A stretch of DNA of 25,922 bases from a virus. Taxonomy: Duplodnaviria; Caudoviricetes. Below, in pieces: positions 15,727-24,419 of the stretch. Position 1 is the first letter of the stretch; every line of letters begins with the position of its first letter. The notes beneath the pieces are model-generated. The model saw nothing but the letters and a program-made list of their open reading frames with translations. It had not been told where the DNA came from and searched no databases. A program made the translations under genes and the position numbers. The stretch lies in the IMG/VR virus record IMGVR_UViG_3300032282_004584, positions 1 to 25,922 of that record, one strand, 5' to 3'.

Positions 15727-17193
15727 TTAAAATGGAGTTTGTTGATTTAAAAAGTCTGTATTATTTTGTATTACATCGATTTCGTTTGGTGATACAAATG
15801 TATTACTATTATTTGAATTATTAAAATTATTATAGTTTTTTATTTTAGCGTTTTCATGTACAAATCTTAAAGGTATTTCTCCAAGTTCACCATTTCTATG
15901 CTTTGCTACTAACAACATCATTAAACCAAAAGTTTCAAAGTTTTGAGAACCTATTTCATATTGTTCTATTCCATAATATTCTGGTCTATAGCAAAATATA
16001 ACCATATCCGCGTCTTGTTCAATTTGACCTGACTCTCTCAAATCTGACAACATTGGTTTTTTATCTCCTCTAGATTCTACAGTCCTGCTTAACTGGCTCA
16101 AAGCTATTACTGGTATATTTAGTTCTTTAGCTAATGCTTTTAAACCTCTACTTATTTCCGCTATTTCTTGCTCTCTATGCATAATATTTAAACCACTTCT
16201 CATTAATTGAAGATAATCTATAACTATTAGTCTAACTCCGTTTTCTTTTACAAGCTTTCTGGATTTAGATTTTAATTCTATTAAAGATATATTTGGCGTA
16301 TCGTCTATATATAAAGGAGCTTTATCTAATGAATCGCATGAAGATATTATTACTCTTAGTTCTTCTATGTTTAATTGAGACTTAATAATTTTTGAAACGT
16401 TTATTTCACTAATATAAGATTGAATCCTTCCTCCTAATTGGAACTTAGACATTTCTAAACTAAAAATAGCTACTGGAATTTGTTTCTCAATAGATGGGTG
16501 AATAATCATAGAAACAGCACAAGCAGTTTTGCCCATTGATGGTCTACCAGCTAAAATAATTAAATCAGAATCTTGCCAACCATTAGTAACATTATCTAAT
16601 AAATTAAACCCAGTTGGAACTCCACTTTTAATTCCTTTTTCTATTACATTAGACATTTTAAAAATAATATCATAATGTATTTCGCTTATTTTAGAAACTT
16701 CATATTTTAAAACGTCTTTAAGGCAGTTATCCAATTCAACTTGTAAGTTAGCAAATACATCAAAAACATCTTCTCTAAAATCTAATATCCTTTGTAAGTT
16801 CTTATTACAAATATAAATTATGCTTCTTTCTAAAAACTTTTGTTGTAAGATTTTTATATAAAAATTTATATTAGCACTAGAAACCACTTTTGAAGTTAAA
16901 TTAGTTATATAATAAGGTCCACCAACTTCTTTTAATAATTGCTTTTGATTCAATTCAACCGTTAAAGTCATTATGTCAATAGCTTTATCATTTTTGTACA
17001 TTTCAAATATTACTTCAGCTATTAACTTATTTTCTTTTACGGCAAATAAATTAGGGTTAAAGTCTGACCATACTTCAATCATATTAGTGTTATCCAATAA
17101 AACCATTCCTAATACTGAGCATTCTATATCTTGAGCTACTGGTATTATTTGGTTTTCTAATACTAATGGTAAATTATTTTCTTTTTTCTTCAT
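15727..17193 (-). CDS. dnaB: Replicative DNA helicase DnaB
   Basis: LAGRPSMGKT (Walker A), FSLEMS, IVIDYLQLM, ALSQLSR, LSDLRESGQIEQDAD and AKHRNGE. Confidence 0.96.
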   Translation of the reverse strand: MKKKENNLPLVLENQIIPVAQDIECSVLGMVLLDNTNMIEVWSDFNPNLFAVKENKLIAEVIFEMYKNDKAIDIMTLTVELNQKQLLKEVGGPYYITNLTSKVVSSANINFYIKILQQKFLERSIIYICNKNLQRILDFREDVFDVFANLQVELDNCLKDVLKYEVSKISEIHYDIIFKMSNVIEKGIKSGVPTGFNLLDNVTNGWQDSDLIILAGRPSMGKTACAVSMIIHPSIEKQIPVAIFSLEMSKFQLGGRIQSYISEINVSKIIKSQLNIEELRVIISSCDSLDKAPLYIDDTPNISLIELKSKSRKLVKENGVRLIVIDYLQLMRSGLNIMHREQEIAEISRGLKALAKELNIPVIALSQLSRTVESRGDKKPMLSDLRESGQIEQDADMVIFCYRPEYYGIEQYEIGSQNFETFGLMMLLVAKHRNGELGEIPLRFVHENAKIKNYNNFNNSNNSNTFVSPNEIDVIQNNTDFLNQQTPF

Positions 17194-17789
17194 ATACCTA
17201 AAATTTTGTTATTAGACTTTATTTTATTTTCCGCTTGTTTAGGCATTTGTTTTACTTGATTTGGCAACCAATAAATAAAATGTTTTACGCAATCATTATG
17301 GTTAGTATACTTTTTTTCAATAGCTTTTTGCTCTAAAATAAATGAATCTATAAACGCTAACACATCTTCTTTTTTTATTTTATGTTTCATTTGTGCTATT
17401 TCAAATACTCTAGAATTTTGCTTTAAATCTTTCTCAAAATGTTCTATTCCATTAAAACTGAAACCAGCTACATATTCTACTGGGTTAACTTTTTCAAGTT
17501 GTGTTCTATCTATATGTTTACCCCAAACATTATTAAAAGTTATAGACTTAATTCCTATACTAATTAGTCCAGCTTTATGAAGCTCTTGCATTAAAGTTTT
17601 ATACTTTTCATAGTCTTTAAAATCTTCTTCGAATAATTCAAAAGCTACCGCATTAGATACTGTAGCTGATTTGTCTTTAAAATAATGCATTAAACAATTT
17701 ATGTATAACATTTTAGCTCTAGAACTAATTTTACGTTCAGCGTTTTCAAATATTTTACTAATAGTATATAAATTTAGAATTTTAAGCAT
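17190..17789 (-). CDS. Putative replication initiator-like protein
   Basis: It lies directly upstream of dnaB with ATGA coupling and has a wHTH-like N-terminal part and a KHFIYWL C-terminal part. The function is inferred from context. Confidence 0.4.
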   Translation of the reverse strand: MLKILNLYTISKIFENAERKISSRAKMLYINCLMHYFKDKSATVSNAVAFELFEEDFKDYEKYKTLMQELHKAGLISIGIKSITFNNVWGKHIDRTQLEKVNPVEYVAGFSFNGIEHFEKDLKQNSRVFEIAQMKHKIKKEDVLAFIDSFILEQKAIEKKYTNHNDCVKHFIYWLPNQVKQMPKQAENKIKSNNKILGI

Positions 17790-18409
17790 AAGTGTTTGTT
17801 ATATAAATGTAAATTATTAGCAAAATGATAATACCAACCTACTTCAATATCTAATTCTTTAGCTAACTTTTCTTGTAATTTACTAAAACAATATTGGTCA
17901 TTGCAAAATCCAAACCATAAATCATTGCTTCTCATTACTACACTCATGTTAAGCTTATTTTCAAAAATATTAAAGTTAATAGCTAAAGTACATGGAGTAT
18001 CATTGTTAAAACTATCCCATTCTTTTCCATCGTAAATAGTTATTACTGCTCTTCTCGATTCTGGATTTTTTTTCAATTCTTTAATAATATAATCTAATTG
18101 TTCATTTCTACTCCATTGCCAACCATAATTAGAATTTACTATATCATCTCCAATATGCATTTTATCCCAAATTTTAGCTTTTGTTTTAATTTCTTTAACG
18201 CTTCTATTTTTTGATAAATACCATTGCCATTCATATTCAGCATATTCTTTTTTCCAAGTTCTAAAGTTTACTTTTATTTCATTATCTAAAGGATTTTCTA
18301 TATAAAAACCTTCATTAAATAAACATTTAGTGTCTTGAACATCACATCCATTATCTCTAATATAAAGATAATAATGAAGAAATGCTTCGTTTGCGTTTTT
18401 AAATCTCAT
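17774..18409 (-). CDS. Thymidylate synthase-superfamily enzyme, dCMP hydroxymethylase-type
   Basis: NSNYG, SRRAVITI, DTPCT (catalytic Cys), MRSNDLWFGFCND and NLHLY. It has Asp at the base-specificity position, as in T4 gp42 (RSNDVVFGFRND), rather than the Asn of ThyA. Confidence 0.8.
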   Translation of the reverse strand: MRFKNANEAFLHYYLYIRDNGCDVQDTKCLFNEGFYIENPLDNEIKVNFRTWKKEYAEYEWQWYLSKNRSVKEIKTKAKIWDKMHIGDDIVNSNYGWQWSRNEQLDYIIKELKKNPESRRAVITIYDGKEWDSFNNDTPCTLAINFNIFENKLNMSVVMRSNDLWFGFCNDQYCFSKLQEKLAKELDIEVGWYYHFANNLHLYNKHLCLKF

Positions 18410-18672
18410 ATTTTTATTGATGTTTGATAGTACACTACTACTGGATTAGATTTTTTATAGTCAACAATACTCTTTTTAAAGTTTTTATCACTTTTTTCTT
18501 TTATTACTATTCCATCTAATACATCTCCAACTTTACAACCTAAAGCTTTATTAGGTCCTTCATGCCAACGGTACTCTTTTCCTTCATTATCATATAAATA
18601 ATAAGTAACAATTAAAGATTCTGTGTGTGGTCCTTTATAAGGCCTTGATATACTTTTACATGTCAATAACAT
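18406..18672 (-). CDS. Hypothetical protein
   Basis: ORF track gives 18406..18702 (TTG). The ATG at 18672, just after the upstream stop, is preferred. Confidence 0.6.
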   Translation of the reverse strand: MLLTCKSISRPYKGPHTESLIVTYYLYDNEGKEYRWHEGPNKALGCKVGDVLDGIVIKEKSDKNFKKSIVDYKKSNPVVVYYQTSIKI

Positions 18673-18674
18673 AA

Positions 18675-19103
18675 CTAATAATTTATTTTGATTAAACCCC
18701 AAAAAATTGATATTGTTTTTTTATTATTTTCTTTTTCTCCAAGAAAACGTGTTTGCTTTAATAATGGTTCTTTTATTTCTTCTTTTTTAACTACTTCTTT
18801 TTTTACATTTTTTTTATTTGGTTTTTTTCTATTCATTACTTGAGTTGTGTTTTTTAACTCAATTACTTTTCTAGCGTGTATTGGTTCTATCTTATCTACA
18901 TTAACTTTAAAAAGGCCTACATTTGTTTTTTCTACTATTTTTGTTTTTAATACTCCATCAACACAGGTCCAAGATATTCTATTTTTCCTAGCTATCTCAA
19001 ACATTTCTTTAAAAATTACTTTTCCATTTTTAGACTTAATTAAGTCAACTATCTCTTGAATAGCTATTTGATATTTGTCAATTGTTACTTTTCTTGTTTT
19101 CAT
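18675..19103 (-). CDS. Hypothetical basic protein
   Basis: Start at 19103 (MKTRKV), right after the MazG stop, is preferred. The C-terminus is ISIFWGLIKINY. Confidence 0.65.
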   Translation of the reverse strand: MKTRKVTIDKYQIAIQEIVDLIKSKNGKVIFKEMFEIARKNRISWTCVDGVLKTKIVEKTNVGLFKVNVDKIEPIHARKVIELKNTTQVMNRKKPNKKNVKKEVVKKEEIKEPLLKQTRFLGEKENNKKTISIFWGLIKINY

Positions 19104-19104
19104 A

Positions 19105-19431
19105 TTATTTGTCTTTAACGAATGTTCCATTAACCATTTTACCTGTTCTTTTTGAAATTACTTTATAAGCGCTTTTTATACAATCTTCAATATCTAATCC
19201 TTCTAAAGCTGCTAAATTTGTTAATACTACTACGCAATCTCCTATAGCATCAATTAACTCTTCTCTATCTTTTTTAAGAATAGACTTTGCTAATTCTCCA
19301 GTTTCTTCTTGTAGTTTAATAAATTGGGTTTTAGAATCTCCTTTTTCATAGATTCCTCTTTGCTTTGCCCATTCTCTAATTGATTCAAATTCATTTCCGA
19401 ATTTTAACTTTTCTTTTTTTTCTTTTTTCAT
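19105..19431 (-). CDS. MazG-like nucleotide pyrophosphohydrolase
   Basis: IREWAKQRGI, KLQEETGELA, DAIGDCVVVL and AYKVISKRTGKMVNGTFVK. Confidence 0.88.
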   Translation of the reverse strand: MKKEKKEKLKFGNEFESIREWAKQRGIYEKGDSKTQFIKLQEETGELAKSILKKDREELIDAIGDCVVVLTNLAALEGLDIEDCIKSAYKVISKRTGKMVNGTFVKDK

Positions 19432-19433
19432 AT

Positions 19434-19598
19434 TTATTTTTGTTTAATAATTTCTTTTAATTCTACTGGATATTTGAATCCATCATTTGGTTTAAAAACA
19501 TATAATGTCAAGTTACCATAAGTAGTTTTTATTTCTATTAGTTCACCTTCTAATACGCTTCCTGCAAATTTAAAGTAGTATGTTGCTCCTATTTCCAT
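19434..19598 (-). CDS. Hypothetical protein, 54 aa
   Basis: Hand translation MEIGATYYFKFAGSVLEGELIEIK...DGFKYPVELKEIIKQK. It follows promoter copy 2 directly. Confidence 0.65.
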   Translation of the reverse strand: MEIGATYYFKFAGSVLEGELIEIKTTYGNLTLYVFKPNDGFKYPVELKEIIKQK

Positions 19599-19599
19599 A

Positions 19600-19657
19600 T
19601 TGCAAATATAATTAAATGTTACAAATGTATAACTATAAGTTATTAACGTTTGATTGT
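19600..19657 (-). promoter_or_regulatory. Duplicated promoter element, copy 2
   Basis: 30-bp identity with 14629-14658 and partial similarity for a further ~28 bp. It contains two TAnnTTTG boxes. Confidence 0.8.
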
Positions 19658-20826
19658 TAAAATAATTTTAATTGACTAATTTCTTCGTTATTATCTAATC
19701 CTTCTTTACTTATTGGAGCGCTGGCTCTTCTTAAAGCCATATTTTTATTATTTTTTAATCTTAAATAAACAGAAAATTGACAACAACTTATCTCTACGCC
19801 AAAAGTAGTAAACCTTCCTATTTCTGTTATTTCATTTAAAACATTTAAACTTTCTCCTTTAAAATTAAAAAACTCATTTTGATTATCTCTAATTGCTTGA
19901 ATAACTTTAGCTCCTACTTTTGTAGAGATGCTTATACCTAAGTCTTTATAAAACCAATTTATAGTAGACATTGCTCCTACTCCTGGCGCAACAAAGTCAT
20001 CATCTTCATCTAAATTACCAAATTTATTAGTTGAATTTTTTAATAATAACTCAGTTCCTATTTCTGGCATCCTAGCTAAATTAGTGCTAAAATGATATCC
20101 GTAATAGTTTCCAATTCCTCTTATAGATGTTAAAAAATCAAATGATTGTTCCATTGAAGGTTTAGATTTGTAAAATTCTACAAATTTTGGTCCTAAATAA
20201 GTAAACCAATAAACTATATCACTAGCTCTACCTTTTCTTTGATTATTAAAATTTGATTTAATAAAGTCATCATAAGGAGTATTTATTTCTCTACAATAGT
20301 TTCTAGATTCTGTTTGTAAACTTGTACGTAATTCAGTTGTGCCGTATATTTTAGTATTTTGTTTTCTAGCATTTTCTAAATTCACCATACATTTTTGGAC
20401 ATAATTATAGTCATTAACTAATGAATTATATTTTATAAAAGGACTATCTGTATCTTTAGTTATTAAACTTATAGTATTTGATGGTCCATAAAATTTAACA
20501 ATAGCTGCGTTTATTAGCTTATCTTCAAAAGTACAATCAGGATTATAAAACACATTATTGTTTAGCCAAATAATTTCATCGTGAAAAGACCTATTAGGAT
20601 GGAAATATGGTACAGATTTATTATCTACTATAAATCCATATCCAAATTTATTTTCTTCATTCTCTAAATGTTTAAAAGTATCAAAATTACATTTTTTTTG
20701 AAATCTAACTTCATATTCTCTACGATTCATTTCATGAACAAAATCTCTTATAAGTTCTTTTTTTTCATTTGGAATTAACTCAATAATTTTTTTTGAATCT
20801 AATTCCATTAAGTTTTTATTGCTCAT
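19657..20826 (-). CDS. aGPT-Pplase1-like / amino acid:DNA transferase-like DNA hypermodification enzyme (HhH-glycosylase-like fold), divergent
   Basis: Ordered motifs FHPNRSFHD, LTSIRGIGNYYGYHFSTNL, FVAPGVGA and VEISCCQFSVY parallel the family's F.N..R..D, G.G.F.AY....DL, GPGA and IE..LCE..KY. Confidence 0.6.
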   Translation of the reverse strand: MSNKNLMELDSKKIIELIPNEKKELIRDFVHEMNRREYEVRFQKKCNFDTFKHLENEENKFGYGFIVDNKSVPYFHPNRSFHDEIIWLNNNVFYNPDCTFEDKLINAAIVKFYGPSNTISLITKDTDSPFIKYNSLVNDYNYVQKCMVNLENARKQNTKIYGTTELRTSLQTESRNYCREINTPYDDFIKSNFNNQRKGRASDIVYWFTYLGPKFVEFYKSKPSMEQSFDFLTSIRGIGNYYGYHFSTNLARMPEIGTELLLKNSTNKFGNLDEDDDFVAPGVGAMSTINWFYKDLGISISTKVGAKVIQAIRDNQNEFFNFKGESLNVLNEITEIGRFTTFGVEISCCQFSVYLRLKNNKNMALRRASAPISKEGLDNNEEISQLKLF

Positions 20827-20831
20827 ATTTA

Positions 20832-21527
20832 TTATTTTTTAAAAAAACAATCATAACCACATATTTGGTTAACGTAAATAATTAGTGGCTCAACTTTATA
20901 ATTTTTATATTTAGACTTAAATAATTCAATTGTTTTTTCCATTTTTTCTTTTTTACCGTGAAATTCAATAAATAAAGTTTCTGGAAAATAATCTAACAAA
21001 TCTTCTATAAAAGTGTATTCTGCAGATTCAATATCTATTTTTATTATATCTGGATTTATTTTATTTATTAAATATTTGAAATTTACATTTGGAACTTCGT
21101 CATATTCTCCAAATCTCATTTTACTAATTATAGAAGTAGAGCAATGTTTATTTCCACTAGAAGATTTATATATTTTTATTTTTTCTTCTTCTAATCCACT
21201 TACAGCTCCAAAAATTAACTCTACTTGACTTTCGTTTTCAAAAGTTTTTGATATTTTTTCAAAATTTCTTTTATCACATTCTACAGAATAAACTTTTTTT
21301 GCTTCAGAGTCTAAAGCTATTTGAGTAAAAGCTCCAATGTTACAACCTAAGTCTAAACAAATTTTATTCTTATAGTCTACTTCTTTTAGCAAATAATTAT
21401 TTATGCTTTGGTCGATCATTTTTTTATCTACTTGCTCTTCAGCTTTTAAAATTTCGACGTATTTTTTCTTTAAACTTCTTTTATCTTCTTTTGATATAGG
21501 TAAATTTGGCAATTTTATTCTTTCCAT
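20832..21527 (-). CDS. FkbM-like SAM-dependent methyltransferase
   Basis: CLDLGCNIGAF, VYSVEC, GAV, IIKIDIESAEY and FIEFH. Confidence 0.8.
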   Translation of the reverse strand: MERIKLPNLPISKEDKRSLKKKYVEILKAEEQVDKKMIDQSINNYLLKEVDYKNKICLDLGCNIGAFTQIALDSEAKKVYSVECDKRNFEKISKTFENESQVELIFGAVSGLEEEKIKIYKSSSGNKHCSTSIISKMRFGEYDEVPNVNFKYLINKINPDIIKIDIESAEYTFIEDLLDYFPETLFIEFHGKKEKMEKTIELFKSKYKNYKVEPLIIYVNQICGYDCFFKK

Positions 21528-21907
21528 TATTTTTGTATTAAATTTGAAACAATATGAACTATCTCTAAATCAGGATGGTTTTTTTGAATTATGTCTTTTT
21601 GCAATTCATCATCTTCAAAAAACCTAACTACATTTAACCCTCTAGATTTTAATTCTTCAATTTTTTTAGCTTTATGTAATGCCGAATAAGTTCTCGCTTG
21701 TTCAGTATGGTTACCTCTTTGTTCTAAAGTCATTGGATTAAAATATACTTTATTAGATATTTTTCTTTTTCTAAGTTGATTTAATATTAAATTTTTTTCG
21801 TCAATGCATCTTCCAGTTATAATAACATCTTCTTTACTCATTGGGTTAATACCTATAGAAATAACTCCATCAAAATCGTAACCATATATGTAATCTATTC
21901 CGTTCAT
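21527..21907 (-). CDS. Minimal (capless) HAD-superfamily phosphatase
   Basis: YDFDGVI (motif I), ITGR (II), HK (III) and FFEDD (IV). Confidence 0.8.
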   Translation of the reverse strand: MNGIDYIYGYDFDGVISIGINPMSKEDVIITGRCIDEKNLILNQLRKRKISNKVYFNPMTLEQRGNHTEQARTYSALHKAKKIEELKSRGLNVVRFFEDDELQKDIIQKNHPDLEIVHIVSNLIQK

Positions 21908-23082
21908 TATATTATTTGTTTTTTAGTTGTTTCTGTTAATTTTCTTTTTGCTAAAGCTTCGCATTCATTTAAAGCTTCTGAAAACATCATTTGTTTTGGT
22001 GGTGTTTTTTGAGTAAATGCTGATGGTCCTCTTAAAGCTCCAACTATACCCATTTCTCTTGCTACTTGTAAATATCTAATAGCGTCAATAACTACTCCAG
22101 CAGAATTTGGAGAATCTTGAACAGATAATTGAGCATCTAAAATTACTGGTGAACCACCAAATCCTTCTAATTCTAATCTAAAATTAGCTACTTTATTATC
22201 TCCATAATAAGATATATACTCAGAAGGACCAGCATGTAAAAAAGAATCTTCAGTAGAAATTCCACGAATATCATTTTGCGCTCTAATTACATTTTCTTTT
22301 GAAATCTTTTTAGACTTTAATCTTGATTTGTCTTCCATATTTAAAAAATCTGTATTTCCTCCAACATTTCTTTGGATATGGCATTTAACATTATGTCCTC
22401 TTTCAAAAGCTAATTCTTGAAGCATTTGTGATAAAATCGAAGCTCCAAACTGAGAACGCATATCATCTCCTATTAGTGGTATTCCAGCATCAATAAATCT
22501 TTTTTCCCATGCTAAATCAGAAGCTATAAATACTGGTATACAGTTAACAAATGAAATTTTAGTTTCTAAACAAATTTCTGCCCAAAATTCTGTTGCTTTT
22601 TGAGAACCTACTGGCAAATAATTGATTAAAATTTCAACTTCATGATGTTTTAATTGTGAAATAATTTTTTCTTTCCATTCTTTAGCTTTTTTATCTGTCC
22701 AATTTGTTCTGTTCATTTCTGTAGAATTTCTTAATTCTTCAGAAACTAAAAATCTATTACTTTCTGGATAACCATCCATTAATAATGCATAACCATCAAT
22801 TACTGGAGCAGAATAAACTGGTGATTGATTTTTTATTTCTTTTACTATATCCCAAGCACAGTTTGGTCTTTGTTTTAATGCTTTTCCTAAAGGTAAATCG
22901 ATTTTGCGTTCATCAATATCAAAAGCGCAAACAAATTCTATATTTTCTGCTTTATAACCTCCAATGTCTTGTCTCATAATTCCATTAGATACTTGATTGT
23001 TTTCGCTGTAAAATTGTACTCCTTCTACTAACGATTTAGCGCAATTTCCAGCGCCAATAATTGCTACTTTGATTTTTTTCAT
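21907..23082 (-). CDS. ino1: Myo-inositol-1(3)-phosphate synthase, bacterial/archaeal type
   Basis: IIGAGNCAKSLVEG, NYLPVGS, FVNCIPVFIA, GDDMRSQFGAS, NVGGNTDFLNM, RLKSKKISK, GPSEY..DNK and DSPNSAGVVIDAIR. Confidence 0.95.
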   Translation of the reverse strand: MKKIKVAIIGAGNCAKSLVEGVQFYSENNQVSNGIMRQDIGGYKAENIEFVCAFDIDERKIDLPLGKALKQRPNCAWDIVKEIKNQSPVYSAPVIDGYALLMDGYPESNRFLVSEELRNSTEMNRTNWTDKKAKEWKEKIISQLKHHEVEILINYLPVGSQKATEFWAEICLETKISFVNCIPVFIASDLAWEKRFIDAGIPLIGDDMRSQFGASILSQMLQELAFERGHNVKCHIQRNVGGNTDFLNMEDKSRLKSKKISKENVIRAQNDIRGISTEDSFLHAGPSEYISYYGDNKVANFRLELEGFGGSPVILDAQLSVQDSPNSAGVVIDAIRYLQVAREMGIVGALRGPSAFTQKTPPKQMMFSEALNECEALAKRKLTETTKKQII

Positions 23083-23086
23083 GTTT

Positions 23087-23986
23087 TTAAAAATTAAATA
23101 AGTTAAATTGTTTTTTGTTTTCTTTCATATAGTATTTAGGTCTAATATGCACTGATTGTTTTGGTTCCATAATATCAAATTTAAGATTTCCTTTTTCATC
23201 AACAAAATAATCTGGCCAAGTTAAAAAGTCAATACCACTTTCTAACATTACTTCATTTGCTACTCTTCTTAGTTCTTTTCTTAATTCAATATCTCCAAAA
23301 AATGGTTTGCCTTTATATAATCCTGATTTTGGAATTTTTCTGCTTTCATCTTCAATAGGTAATAACTGCACTATACTACAATTATATTTTGAAGCGTATT
23401 CGCAGTATCTATTAAATAAATCTTTAGTAGCTTCTAATGGGTTAACTTGTCTAGCTAAATGAAATCTAATATCAATATTGCCAAAATACATTATAATATG
23501 TTTGTAAGTTGATAAATCTAAATTCATTTTTAAAAATCCATGTAAAGTTTTACCATCATTTCTTGATATTGCATAAGATTCGTCTGGCCAAACTGATATA
23601 CTATGAGAATCTCCAATAACTAAATTTTCTCTTTCTGGCAAATTTATCAATTCTATATTTAAGTAGTCATTAAAAGTTTCTAACTTTCTTTTAACAGAAA
23701 AATCGTTTAATTGAAAACCATCTAATGAATAAACTTTACCATTATATTCAGTTAACTTTTTAGCTCTAACAATTATATCATCACTTAAGCCTCCAATTAT
23801 GTTAAAAGAACCAATTTTAAAATTTGGACCGTGATAAATGATAAGTCTATCGTAATTGTTCCAATTTTCGTTTTCAGTAATTATTTCAGCATTAAATAAC
23901 TTTGAAATAATATTTACCATGCCTGCAGAATGTGAATTTTCTGATTTTGCTGGATTATTTATTATGCCTATTATTGCTGTTTTCAT
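23087..23986 (-). CDS. Protein with C-terminal SGNH/GDSL-like acyl-hydrolase/transferase domain
   Basis: LVIGDSHS (block I), YFGNID (block III-like) and QSVH (block V-like). The N-terminal domain is unassigned. Confidence 0.5.
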   Translation of the reverse strand: MKTAIIGIINNPAKSENSHSAGMVNIISKLFNAEIITENENWNNYDRLIIYHGPNFKIGSFNIIGGLSDDIIVRAKKLTEYNGKVYSLDGFQLNDFSVKRKLETFNDYLNIELINLPERENLVIGDSHSISVWPDESYAISRNDGKTLHGFLKMNLDLSTYKHIIMYFGNIDIRFHLARQVNPLEATKDLFNRYCEYASKYNCSIVQLLPIEDESRKIPKSGLYKGKPFFGDIELRKELRRVANEVMLESGIDFLTWPDYFVDEKGNLKFDIMEPKQSVHIRPKYYMKENKKQFNLFNF

Positions 23987-24243
23987 TTTTCTAAATAATT
24001 ATTTAAACTACCTAAATAAGCTACTGCGTCTAAAAGATTATCTTCTTTATGATTATAAGACTCTCTAGATAACTTTAATGCAACTAATGCTTTATACATA
24101 AATTCTGCGTTTATTTGTTGACCAGTCATTCCTGATAATATTTTAGCAGCTCTTTCCATTCCTTCTTCAAATGGACCGTATTGTCTTTCTTTTTCTTCTT
24201 TGTGCAAATTGACAATTTCATTTGCTTTTTCTAGTATATTCAT
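23983..24243 (-). CDS. DUF6378-like all-alpha protein (putative nucleotide diphosphohydrolase-related)
   Basis: ILEKANEIVN..RQYGPFEE..ALKLSR....KEDNLLDAVAY. Confidence 0.72.
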   Translation of the reverse strand: MNILEKANEIVNLHKEEKERQYGPFEEGMERAAKILSGMTGQQINAEFMYKALVALKLSRESYNHKEDNLLDAVAYLGSLNNYLEK

Positions 24244-24374
24244 GCTTTTTTATATTGGATGTTTGAGTATTTAAAACTTTCTGCTGATACACATATTTGA
24301 ATAGCGTGATAAATACTTTCAGCTAATACTTTAAATATTTTACCAGATGGTGATTGTATTTTATATTGTTTCAT
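24240..24374 (-). CDS. Hypothetical protein, 44 aa
   Basis: Hand translation MKQYKIQSPSGKIFKVLAESIYHAIQ..., with ATGA overlap to the DUF6378 gene. Confidence 0.55.
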   Translation of the reverse strand: MKQYKIQSPSGKIFKVLAESIYHAIQICVSAESFKYSNIQYKKA

Positions 24375-24380
24375 AATTTT

Positions 24381-24410
24381 AAAAAAAGGTAGGAGCAGTT
24401 AACTCCTACC
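24381..24410 (-). terminator. Rho-independent terminator
   Basis: Minus strand reads GGTAGGAG-TTAACTG-CTCCTACC-TTTTTTT: a perfect 8-bp stem plus a U7 tract, 10 nt after the DUF932 stop. Confidence 0.88.
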
Positions 24411-24419
24411 GTGTTAATT

